The notes under the pieces are model-generated. The model had not been told where the DNA came from. It ran no database searches and worked only from the letters and a program-made list of their open reading frames with translations. Shown here in pieces: positions 49,101 through 58,070 of a DNA stretch of 64,000 bases (the first letter of the stretch is position 1; each line of letters opens with the position of its first letter). Made by a program: the position numbers and the translations under genes. The stretch comes from Pseudomonadota bacterium. Its GTDB lineage: Bacteria; Campylobacterota; Campylobacteria; Campylobacterales; Sulfurimonadaceae. Where the stretch lies: NCBI GenBank assembly GCA_043797085.1, contig JAZDQA010000013.1, positions 224,001 to 288,000 of the forward strand, read 5' to 3'.

Positions 49101-50368
49101 TTTTTCATTCTCTTTCGATTTTTTAATGACTCGATAAATGCTTCAACCCGTGTGGTAAGCTGTCCTTGTTGCGATGGGCTGTACTCGCTCTCGATGTAGA
49201 GGATCGGGATACCCTCTCGCTCCATCGCGGCCAAAACACTGCGCTGTTCCATCTCATACACTTGACACCCTGCAAATGCTTGGTAGATCACCCCATCACC
49301 GTTATAACTGCGAACCAATTGGATGATTCTGCGGATTCGGTCGTCGTTTTGGGTAAATATCGGGCAGGTACACGCTTTGAGATATTTATCCGAAACCGAA
49401 TCGATCATGTCGTAGAGATTCCACTCATCCACTGCCACCATATCGTTAAACATACGGTTCGAGCTGCACGTCTCATCGGCGACGATGATGGCATCGCTCT
49501 CTTCGATAATGAGGGGGATTTTATAGTTGGGGAAAATCGGTGGGGAACCTGTATAAACGATTCTCGGGCTTGCTTTTCCTGCCACATTGATACCTTCAAT
49601 TACCCGTTGTTCCAACTCTGCGACCAGTTTCTCAACAGCACTTATCCATTCGTCTATCTTGTCAAAAAAGAATGCGTTGGTAACCAAAAACATATCGACA
49701 CCCAAGATAGGGACAATTTTATTTTTTCGAAAATCGGTAAGTTTATGATAAAGCGATTGTGCATATCCGACCTTTTTAATCGCACTCTCCAGATTGGTTC
49801 GTGTCAACTTTTTACCTTGAAACTTCGAGAGTTCAACGGCAAAATGTTTGACACTTTCGCGCCAATAATGGCGGCTCTCTTCACTCTCTTTGGTTCGTGG
49901 AAATCCAACATCGATAATCGTATGTCCCAAATTCTCGATGATCGCACCCGCTTTGGTTTTTTGATCGCACGTCGTCGGTGAAAAGGTAATATCTGGCTTA
50001 TCGGTAAAATTATCCGATGCGAACAATCCCACCGTCGCTTTAACCAGCGGACACGATTTGGAAGGCATCAAATCACTTCCGATTTCATCGTCGGTATAAA
50101 ATCCGTTGCACAGTCGAATCGGCACACCATCAAGGGCATAAATGATTTCAGAAGGGATTTGGATACACATCGTCCCGATTTTTGTTTTCCCTTCATGCAG
50201 AGGTTCGTGATGACAATAGACTTTTTCAAACAAATCGTAAAAATAATCCATACTCTTGATTGGGGATTTAAAATCCTCTTTCAACGCATTAATAACATGG
50301 ATCGCCTCCATCGCTTTATGGCGATTTTGTCTCTCTTTTGCTGTTTCTATTGTATGTTCAGTGTTCAT
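49097..50368 (-). CDS. 2-hydroxyacyl-CoA dehydratase-family protein, probable double-cubane-cluster reductase (DCCP/YjiM-like)
   Basis: Cys motifs GTMC, RLC, SCP, TTCD, DETC, CTCP and GC; C-terminal QLTTRVEAFIE. Start reassigned to ATG 50368 (AAAGGA RBS). Confidence 0.85.
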   Translation of the reverse strand: MNTEHTIETAKERQNRHKAMEAIHVINALKEDFKSPIKSMDYFYDLFEKVYCHHEPLHEGKTKIGTMCIQIPSEIIYALDGVPIRLCNGFYTDDEIGSDLMPSKSCPLVKATVGLFASDNFTDKPDITFSPTTCDQKTKAGAIIENLGHTIIDVGFPRTKESEESRHYWRESVKHFAVELSKFQGKKLTRTNLESAIKKVGYAQSLYHKLTDFRKNKIVPILGVDMFLVTNAFFFDKIDEWISAVEKLVAELEQRVIEGINVAGKASPRIVYTGSPPIFPNYKIPLIIEESDAIIVADETCSSNRMFNDMVAVDEWNLYDMIDSVSDKYLKACTCPIFTQNDDRIRRIIQLVRSYNGDGVIYQAFAGCQVYEMEQRSVLAAMEREGIPILYIESEYSPSQQGQLTTRVEAFIESLKNRKRMKK

Positions 50369-51371
50369 TATTATCCTTTCTCTGATCCATCGCCATACGC
50401 ACAAGAAAGCCTTCTTTGGTCGATTCGAAAATAGTGGCTCCCATAAAATTAGCCTCCAAACATCCCTCTTCAGGACACGCTGCGATACATTTGAGACAAA
50501 GGGTACAATCTTCAGTAACTAAATTTTTGCTCGTCACATCATCGGCGATTTCGAGAATGTCCATATCACACGCATGATAGCAATCCCCGCATTTGGTACA
50601 TTTAGCTCCATCTTTATAAAGCTTCAATAAGGCGGGTTTGGAAAAAATATATTGCAATGCCGCCATCGGGCAAAAGTAGCAAAAAAACCGTTTTTTGACA
50701 AACGACCCCACTAAAAACAGTCCTGTTATAATCATCCCTAGTGCCGTCATAACCATATCTGTCTTCGACGAAAAATCAATGTAGAACTGATTAAAATGAC
50801 CTGTAAATGCCGGAATCATCATCCGTCCGGGACAAATATCGCAAAATGGCATTGAGAGCCCATTGGGAAGTTTCGGAAGACCAAATACCGAGTTGGCAAT
50901 CATCACGGGGAGCAAGAGCAAAAGAATTAAAAGAATGTATTTGATACTTTTGATTTTTCCACGATTCGCCCATGAGTATTCACTGTAACGGATTCTGGAT
51001 TTTTCACGCAACATCGTGAGCCAGTCTTGCATCGTCCCAAGAGGGCACACAAATCCACACCACCCTTTGTTCAACACCCAAAACCACACCATAAACATCC
51101 CAAGGGATATGAGAAAAGCGTATCCGGCAAATCCCATAAACATATCAATCGGATGTTTCAAATCATGTTGAAGTTCCCCCACATAACACTTTCCGCCCGT
51201 CCCTTCTCCGTTAAATACACACGCAAAAGTAGGAAGCTTATCGCCCAAATCGAGTCCGACATATCCGCCGTACACCATTAGAACAAACGCAACGATCTGA
51301 AACCAAAACCGAAACCGCACGAGGTTCATATTATTGACTGCACGACGGAGACTAAATTTATTCTTCGTCAA
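50358..51371 (-). CDS. Membrane-bound polyferredoxin (NapH/MauN family)
   Basis: Motifs WCGFVCPLG, FCDICP, FCYFCP, and two CxxCxxCxxxC; several TM helices. Confidence 0.92.
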   Translation of the reverse strand: MTKNKFSLRRAVNNMNLVRFRFWFQIVAFVLMVYGGYVGLDLGDKLPTFACVFNGEGTGGKCYVGELQHDLKHPIDMFMGFAGYAFLISLGMFMVWFWVLNKGWCGFVCPLGTMQDWLTMLREKSRIRYSEYSWANRGKIKSIKYILLILLLLLPVMIANSVFGLPKLPNGLSMPFCDICPGRMMIPAFTGHFNQFYIDFSSKTDMVMTALGMIITGLFLVGSFVKKRFFCYFCPMAALQYIFSKPALLKLYKDGAKCTKCGDCYHACDMDILEIADDVTSKNLVTEDCTLCLKCIAACPEEGCLEANFMGATIFESTKEGFLVRMAMDQRKDNNEH

Positions 51372-52311
51372 AATAGATCTCCTTGGGCGTTTTGCGCTTG
51401 CGTCGTCGGTTGTAATAAAGCCCCAGCGAAAAGACCAACATCACCCCAATAGCGGTTGCGAAGCCTAATACTTTTGATTCGTATTCCAGCGGAGATGCAC
51501 CAAAGGAGAGAGGCAAAGTCATTACATAATGAACAGCATGATATTTTTCTGTGCCGTAGATTCCCGATTCATTCACATCGTATGACGCTTCAACAATCAT
51601 CTTTTCGGAACGCTTTTTTTCTTTTTCGGTTGCCGCATAGGTACTGCGCGGAATCTCAAATGAGGTCATCCCCTCTTCATCGGGTTGAATCGTGGCATTC
51701 CAGCCGCTCTCCATGCTCACTTTTAACGGAACATCTTTTTGTACTACCCCTTTATAATAAATCGTGAAAGGGGCAATATCACCCGAATACAAACAACAGT
51801 TAATATGGTGTTTTCGAATCGGTTTCTCCATAATCAACTCAAACGGAAGCTGTGCGAGAGGTTCATGATCGTAATGGGAATCGTTCGTTTTCCCACGGAT
51901 CTCTTTAAGTAGCGTTTGAGAGATATTCCCCTCTTTGTTATGAATTCTTACCGATGAAAGATTTACATGAAGGACACCATCTTGAACGGATTTTTGTTCA
52001 AAATAAAGACGATAGCCCCCTTTGTGTACCGGAGTAAAAGAAATTTTCCCTCCCGACACATCCAGCTTTGTTACCGCATGATCCATATCGCGAACATAGA
52101 CAACCGTATTATTTAAATCACGGACTTTTTTATTCTCATCGAATGTCCCTTTTTTGATGAAAAATTCTTTGGCTTCTACTGTTTTATCCCCTGCCTTGCA
52201 ACACGATTTTTTCTTGGATTCATCCATCCATACAAAATCATCCCCAAAAAGAGGCAATGACCCATACGTGATCGCAATGACCAAAAATGTTTTTGATAGG
52301 ATCGATTTCAT
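51358..52311 (-). CDS. Periplasmic membrane-anchored protein, DUF4198/NikM-like, Cys-Cys rich
   Basis: Signal peptide; PFELI...GD...YKG...DEEG..SF pattern; KSCCK and HHINCC; C-terminal TM helix plus RRRKRK. Confidence 0.6.
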   Translation of the reverse strand: MKSILSKTFLVIAITYGSLPLFGDDFVWMDESKKKSCCKAGDKTVEAKEFFIKKGTFDENKKVRDLNNTVVYVRDMDHAVTKLDVSGGKISFTPVHKGGYRLYFEQKSVQDGVLHVNLSSVRIHNKEGNISQTLLKEIRGKTNDSHYDHEPLAQLPFELIMEKPIRKHHINCCLYSGDIAPFTIYYKGVVQKDVPLKVSMESGWNATIQPDEEGMTSFEIPRSTYAATEKEKKRSEKMIVEASYDVNESGIYGTEKYHAVHYVMTLPLSFGASPLEYESKVLGFATAIGVMLVFSLGLYYNRRRKRKTPKEIYFDEE

Positions 52312-52313
52312 AA

Positions 52314-54590
52314 TTAAAAATTTGCCGATAAATTAATCGTTACACCACGCCCTGGCATACGATAGTATTCATAATACTCTTTATCCAATAGGTTATCTAT
52401 CATCACGCTGGCTTTTATATTTTTGTTGATTTTATAATCTGCTTTCAAGTCAACAACTGTATATTTACTATAACCTGTCCATATACCCTTAACTATATCC
52501 GAATTGTCATTGCTGTTAAATACTTCTCCTACATAACGACCTGAAAGTGCTCCTGAATAATCTCCATATTGAGCTAAGAATGCCAAAGTTGCCGTATCTT
52601 TAGGGACATTGGTTACCCGCTTTCCTTCCATCCCCGTATTGGTATTATCTTTGGTAATTTTAGAATCCGTATACGAGTAGCTCCCACGCACTTCCAACCA
52701 ATTTACTAAAGGATATTCTCCTGAGAGTTCAATCCCTTTTGCCAACGCTTCTCCAGTATTTTCCTGTTTAGCAATATAATCAACCACTTTGTTGATGATT
52801 GGATCGGTATATTGAGGTACTTTGGTAATTTTTTGATAAATCAAATCGGTTGTCTTGGTTACAAAACACGTAGCCATTACCTTTCCGCCATCCACAAAGT
52901 GATATTCAACTCCAAGATCAAACGCTTTTGCTTTCTCAGGCTTCAAATCCGGATTTGAATAAATCATCTTTCCATTGGGTGCTGCGTTACCTGAAAAAGT
53001 AGGATTAGCAAAAAGATAATAGTTTGTCGGCGCACGGAATCCTGTCCCTACCGAACTTTTAATCGACGTTCGATCATTGACCATATAAACAGCGGCGATT
53101 TTTGGGCTAAATGATGATTCCTTGCGATCTGAATACACAGTCGTCCCCGGAACAGAGCCTGTGGTCACAACACCTACCCCACCCGCTTTCCACATATCAT
53201 ATCGCCCACCTACGTACAACAATAGATCATCATTAACCGCAATTTGGTCTTGAAGAAAAATTGAGTTCGTAATACTTCTAGCATCAATCCGATCCAGCTC
53301 CGCCGTTTTGGTATCCATATTCGTCCAATCCGAAACCGCGTATTTTTTCTGATGAAGACGCCCAACTTCCGTCGCAACACCCGTAATCAATAAATGGCTA
53401 TCACCAATAGGAGTAGTCAGCTGTGCTGAAGCATTGGTTGTACTATTAGGTGAATTACTAAGCGTCCCAGCACCAGAGGTCAATGTTGCCGTTGCACCAA
53501 TAGCAGAGCTCCAATACTCACGATCAATTTTCCCAAAATTGAGACTCAACTTACTGTCTCCCAATTTTCCATCATATCCAGCAAAATAGCGCAATGCAGT
53601 ATTACCCATCGGAACAGAACCGGCAAAATCTTGTTCTTTAATCGTAGTCGCTTTGCCGTTTAGATTTAGGCTTGTTGCCGTTGTCCCTATTGCGATTGGA
53701 TTCCCACTTGTATCAGTCAAATAACTATTGTATCCACGATTCAGACTCTTTGCATCGGAATAAGCGAAACCTGCATTCACGGTTGAAGTTGGAGAGAGAT
53801 CATAATAGAGTTTCGCATGAATATTTTTCTCCATAGAGGCATTAGTTCCCTTATCCCCGACAATATAAGTAGTTGCTCCCGCCGTTGTGGTGGTTTGTGT
53901 CGCACCATTAACAACAACAGCACTACCAGCAGGTGTCCCAGTAGGTGTTTTGGTTACATACTCGGCGATATATCCTTCACGATAGTTTTCAGAGACTCCA
54001 AATACAACCCCAAGACCATTTTTGAATTTATTGCGGTACAACGCACTTGCATGATCTCCCGATGCATCACCAAAACCTTTGCCAACATTAAACGACATTT
54101 CCTCTTTCGTCGGTGCTTTGGTCGTAATACTAATAACTCCACCTACTGCGTTACTACCGTATAATGAGGAACCAACCCCCGGCACTACCTCAATACGATC
54201 CACATCATCCATTGTAACCATAGACCAGTTAACTTGACCCGAATAGGCATCGACCATATTCATCCCATCTACCAAGACTGCCATCTTGGTCAATGTTCCC
54301 CCTGCACCTCGCATAACAAGATATCCTGTTGCACCAGGTCTAGAATTACCCAATGCTCCTCCTCGCAGATAAAGCCCAGGGACTTTAGCATTTAACGCAT
54401 CCCCTATACGCGGTGTGTTCATTTTTTCCATATCTTCAGCCGTTACTACTGAAACATTCACTGGAGCTTCCAATGTTGATTGCTCAATTTTTGATGCACT
54501 TATAGACACATCCCCCAAATTAACCGTTTCAGTAGCATAGGCGCTACTGCAAAATATAACTGCCGCCATTGATAGCTTAACTACTTGCAT
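52314..54590 (-). CDS. TonB-dependent receptor
   Basis: TonB-box-like VNLGDVSISASK; DRIEVVPG..SSLYGSNAVGGVI; GFRAP; NPDLKPE; terminal F. Start ATG 54590 with AAGG RBS. Confidence 0.95.
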   Translation of the reverse strand: MQVVKLSMAAVIFCSSAYATETVNLGDVSISASKIEQSTLEAPVNVSVVTAEDMEKMNTPRIGDALNAKVPGLYLRGGALGNSRPGATGYLVMRGAGGTLTKMAVLVDGMNMVDAYSGQVNWSMVTMDDVDRIEVVPGVGSSLYGSNAVGGVISITTKAPTKEEMSFNVGKGFGDASGDHASALYRNKFKNGLGVVFGVSENYREGYIAEYVTKTPTGTPAGSAVVVNGATQTTTTAGATTYIVGDKGTNASMEKNIHAKLYYDLSPTSTVNAGFAYSDAKSLNRGYNSYLTDTSGNPIAIGTTATSLNLNGKATTIKEQDFAGSVPMGNTALRYFAGYDGKLGDSKLSLNFGKIDREYWSSAIGATATLTSGAGTLSNSPNSTTNASAQLTTPIGDSHLLITGVATEVGRLHQKKYAVSDWTNMDTKTAELDRIDARSITNSIFLQDQIAVNDDLLLYVGGRYDMWKAGGVGVVTTGSVPGTTVYSDRKESSFSPKIAAVYMVNDRTSIKSSVGTGFRAPTNYYLFANPTFSGNAAPNGKMIYSNPDLKPEKAKAFDLGVEYHFVDGGKVMATCFVTKTTDLIYQKITKVPQYTDPIINKVVDYIAKQENTGEALAKGIELSGEYPLVNWLEVRGSYSYTDSKITKDNTNTGMEGKRVTNVPKDTATLAFLAQYGDYSGALSGRYVGEVFNSNDNSDIVKGIWTGYSKYTVVDLKADYKINKNIKASVMIDNLLDKEYYEYYRMPGRGVTINLSANF

Positions 54591-54632
54591 TAATATCCTT
54601 GTATTAAATAAATCCAAGAATTATTTCAAAGT

Positions 54633-54673
54633 AGTGTTACATTTGTGTTAAGTCTTAACAGTAATGTAACACT
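54633..54673. promoter_or_regulatory. 41-bp palindromic operator between divergent TonB-system transcription units
   Basis: AGTGTTACATT-tg-TGTTAAG-t-CTTAACA-gt-AATGTAACACT. Confidence 0.75.
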
Positions 54674-54719
54674 TTTCTTTCATACTTACACAAATAAATC
54701 TTAGTAAGAAGCTATTTTA

Positions 54720-55373
54720 ATGATGCAATCGTTACCTCTTTTTTCATTGTTTCTTATTGCATTATCCTATGGTGCAACGGCATGTATGCTCTCGTGTATG
54801 CCTATCCTTTCCCCGATTCTTTTAGCCAACAGCGCCACACGCCAAGAAAGCCTTCGAGTCCTTATCCCCATCACCGCAGGTCGCATTAGCGGTTATACAC
54901 TCTTAGCAGTTATTGCCTTCACAGGAGCAGTCTTTGTCCAATCACTGCTCAAAGATAAAACCTTAATGGGCTATGTTTTAGGAGCTGTAACCCTGCTGCT
55001 TGCACTCAAACAACTGCTCGCCATTCGGACAAAACAAACCTGTTGCGCTCAAACCACACAACCCAGCAAAAGCACCAATACCACCCTTTTTGCGACGGGA
55101 CTTCTTCTATCGATGTCCATTTGCGCACCCGTTGCTACCATGATGACACTCAGTGCAACCGCTCCCTCATTGGGCTGGGCAGCTTTATACGGATTGTTTT
55201 TCGGGCTGGGAGCTACGCTGTTGTGGTTTTTCTTTTTTTCCGTTGTTCTAACAACCGCACTCAAAGAAAGCCTTAATCACCTATCACGCTATCGACGCAC
55301 CATTGAAATAATGGCTCCGATTTTATTGGCGTGTGTCGGAATTTTAATTTTTAATGGATGGATACGACTATGA
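54720..55373 (+). CDS. DsbD_2/CcdA/UreH-like membrane protein
   Basis: Motifs ACMLSCMP, GRISGY, SICAP, FFGLG; about 6 TM helices. Confidence 0.8.
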   Translation: MMQSLPLFSLFLIALSYGATACMLSCMPILSPILLANSATRQESLRVLIPITAGRISGYTLLAVIAFTGAVFVQSLLKDKTLMGYVLGAVTLLLALKQLLAIRTKQTCCAQTTQPSKSTNTTLFATGLLLSMSICAPVATMMTLSATAPSLGWAALYGLFFGLGATLLWFFFFSVVLTTALKESLNHLSRYRRTIEIMAPILLACVGILIFNGWIRL

Positions 55374-56074
55374 CTATAACCATGACCCCTCAGACCAAAG
55401 CTTTTGGACTCTCCTTCGCGTTGCACACCTTAATGGCGCTTCTTGCGATGTTAGCACTTACGCGGATGTACCATCCTGTTAATCTGGATGTTATCCCAAT
55501 GAAACATGTCACTCTTGTGACACTATCTCATGTGACTCCAATGCCCATACAACCCACAATCACACCGCCAACCACAACAATCACACAACCCGCTCCCACA
55601 CAGCCCATCACAAAACCAATCGTGCCTACCAAAACCCAACCTATTGTGACTCAAACAATACCTGTACCCTCCATTCCTGCTGTCGTACATCAAGCTATAC
55701 CTACAGAAACAAAACCTGTTGTAGTCGCGGAAACAAAAGCTATACCTGTTCAAGCCGTCATTCCCTCAAAACCAAAAATCGATACAACCTCTGAAAAAAA
55801 ATTGTTCTATGCCTCATTACGTACAAAAATCCAACAAAACCTTCGCTATCCGTTTGCCGCAAGACGTGTAGGGAAAGAGGGAGAAGTTGGTGTTCGCTTC
55901 ACACTTTCTGATGATGGTTCAATCCGTAATATCTCAGTTCAACGCGGTGAAGAAATTTTTCATAACGCCGCCAAAGCAGCCGTTGCATCAACCGCCGGTA
56001 TCGATATTCCTAAAAATCTTATCGACTCTCTGCCAGTAGAGATGGATTTAACCCTCGAATTTAAGCTTAACTAA
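55370..56074 (+). CDS. tonB: Energy transducer TonB
   Basis: TM helix with SxxxH (SFALH), Pro/Thr-rich linker, YP..ARR.G.EG.V.V.F. Start uncertain (55358-55382). Confidence 0.88.
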   Translation: MTITMTPQTKAFGLSFALHTLMALLAMLALTRMYHPVNLDVIPMKHVTLVTLSHVTPMPIQPTITPPTTTITQPAPTQPITKPIVPTKTQPIVTQTIPVPSIPAVVHQAIPTETKPVVVAETKAIPVQAVIPSKPKIDTTSEKKLFYASLRTKIQQNLRYPFAARRVGKEGEVGVRFTLSDDGSIRNISVQRGEEIFHNAAKAAVASTAGIDIPKNLIDSLPVEMDLTLEFKLN

Positions 56075-56150
56075 TATACTATTTAATTATTTTAATTATA
56101 ATACTAGTGTATTCTATTAAAATACTATCTTGCAAAATTGGAGAAACAAA

Positions 56151-56534
56151 ATGTCCAAAAAAACATTTTTAAAAATAAGTGCATTGATTGCACTTGCGGT
56201 AACGATCCCTCAAAGTTTTGCGCAAGCAAACGGTGAATCTCTTTTTGAACAAAAATGCGCCATGTGCCATTTGAAACAAAGACCCTCAGCCGATGAGATG
56301 AAAAATATGATTGCGCCCCCGATGATGGGTGTTATGCGCCACGTCAAACAAGCAAAAACAAACCGCACTGAAGCAATCGCATTTATCGCCGACTATCTCT
56401 TTGCTCCGTCCCAAAAAAGTGCCGTTTGTCTTCCTGAGTCGATTGCAAGATTTGGCGTCATGCCCTCACAAAAAGACAATCTTACAAAAGAAGAGGCGCA
56501 AACGGTTTCTGCCTATATTTACGATACTTTTTGA
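56151..56534 (+). CDS. Monoheme cytochrome c
   Basis: GGAG RBS, signal peptide, CAMCH, APPM, FGVMP. Confidence 0.9.
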   Translation: MSKKTFLKISALIALAVTIPQSFAQANGESLFEQKCAMCHLKQRPSADEMKNMIAPPMMGVMRHVKQAKTNRTEAIAFIADYLFAPSQKSAVCLPESIARFGVMPSQKDNLTKEEAQTVSAYIYDTF

Positions 56535-56682
56535 GCGGATCGTAATCCGTTTGACTGATGGTACACACCTAATTATAATGTGAAACACTATTTCTATATC
56601 CATCCTAACTACAAGCAAATTTTAGTTGACTTTATGCTACGATATTAATTATTTGAATAAATCTAGTCATTGAGGATTTTGT

Positions 56683-57669
56683 GTGTACCTAAGATTTCTA
56701 TCCTTTTTTTTCGTCGCTTTGACCTCATCGATGTATGCCGATGGCTATGAGTTTGGTCATGGGTACACACTCAACGACTCGTTAACGGTCGGCGGCTACA
56801 TCTCTTCTGAATTTGACTCCAACAAACAAACGGAAAAATTAACAATCGATGATGTCGCGATGATGGCATACGGTAATGTTGGATCGAATTTTTCTTATTT
56901 AGCCGAAATGGAAGCGATAGGCTTTTATTATAAAAATCTTACCGATGGCAATGAAGGTGGAAGTCAAAAATTTCATGTTGAACGGTTATATGGTGATATT
57001 TGGGTATCAGATGACTTTAATTTTCGTGTGGGAAAACAAATAGCCCCCATAGGGTATTGGAATCTTGAACCGATCAATGTTCTGCGAGACACCACGTCAA
57101 ATCCTCTCTACAGTATGCTTTTATTCCCCAAATTTTTAACCGGTATCAATATGAACGGCTATCTTGGCGATACAACCCGCTATCACCTCTTCGGTCAAAT
57201 AACCCATGATCTGGATGAAGAATATATCAACATCCCCAATACCCATTTTTACGGTTTATCCCTAGAACATGAACTCTCAACGGACACAAATTTTGGTGGA
57301 AGCATCGGAGAGTTTATCGCATTGGCGACCGATGAAAAAACACAATTCATCCAAGGAAATCTAAAAAGCGACAACGGCACTCTTTTTCTAAGCGTAGAAG
57401 CAATCGCCGCCAAAACCGACTATCACCATACCAAAAACGATTTTACCCTCAGCGGATACATCCAAAGTGTTTACCATTTTTCCAACGAACATGCCCTCGT
57501 AGGACGATATGAATATTATAATGACCAACATCGTGATTATAAAGACCATATCGGTATTTTAGGATACAGCTACCGTCCCATCTATCCCATCTCCCTCAAA
57601 GGGGAATACCAATGGCACTCGCAACACGATGAAAATCGTGCACTTTTTTCATTCTCGGTACTCTTCTGA
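56683..57669 (+). CDS. Putative outer-membrane porin-like beta-barrel
   Basis: GAGGA RBS plus GTG start, signal peptide, VERLY..., RVGKQIAPIGYWN, alternating C-terminal strand ending in F. Confidence 0.7.
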   Translation: MYLRFLSFFFVALTSSMYADGYEFGHGYTLNDSLTVGGYISSEFDSNKQTEKLTIDDVAMMAYGNVGSNFSYLAEMEAIGFYYKNLTDGNEGGSQKFHVERLYGDIWVSDDFNFRVGKQIAPIGYWNLEPINVLRDTTSNPLYSMLLFPKFLTGINMNGYLGDTTRYHLFGQITHDLDEEYINIPNTHFYGLSLEHELSTDTNFGGSIGEFIALATDEKTQFIQGNLKSDNGTLFLSVEAIAAKTDYHHTKNDFTLSGYIQSVYHFSNEHALVGRYEYYNDQHRDYKDHIGILGYSYRPIYPISLKGEYQWHSQHDENRALFSFSVLF

Positions 57670-58070
57670 TGAAAAATCTATTGATAATTAGCCTGCTATG
57701 CGGAAGTTTATCAGCATCTGAGTATAGCGTTATTATTTCTAAAAAAATTTCTGTGATCGAAACATCTTCGCAACAGATACGAGATCTTTACCTCATGAAA
57801 CGTCACACCATCGGGAATCAAAAGATTATCCCTCTTAATCTACTAGGACAAGACGCTTCTCGAATCGCATTTGAAAATGAGATACTAAAAATGGATCGAG
57901 ACCGACTTAATACCTATTGGATAAAACAACATTTCCAAGGGATCACCCCTCCTGTTACGCAACCTTCTCACGAATCCATCAAAGCATTCGTCCAAAACGT
58001 CGAGGGTGCTATCGGCTACATCCCCTCATATATGGTCGATTCAAACGTAAAGGTGATTTATGAGTTTTAA
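57669..58070 (+). CDS. Small periplasmic protein resembling a phosphate-ABC substrate-binding-type domain
   Basis: Signal peptide; pattern IRDLYL...YWIKQHFQG..PP...FVQNVEGAIGYI. Confidence 0.7.
   Translation: MKNLLIISLLCGSLSASEYSVIISKKISVIETSSQQIRDLYLMKRHTIGNQKIIPLNLLGQDASRIAFENEILKMDRDRLNTYWIKQHFQGITPPVTQPSHESIKAFVQNVEGAIGYIPSYMVDSNVKVIYEF

Noticed and set aside
49166..49981. 271 aa antisense ORF
   Set aside because: It lies wholly opposite the well-supported DCCP-like gene and looks like a codon-bias shadow frame.
56151..56180. SKKTFLK as a Tat signal on the cytochrome c
   Set aside because: It lacks the twin arginines, and c-type cytochromes normally use Sec.
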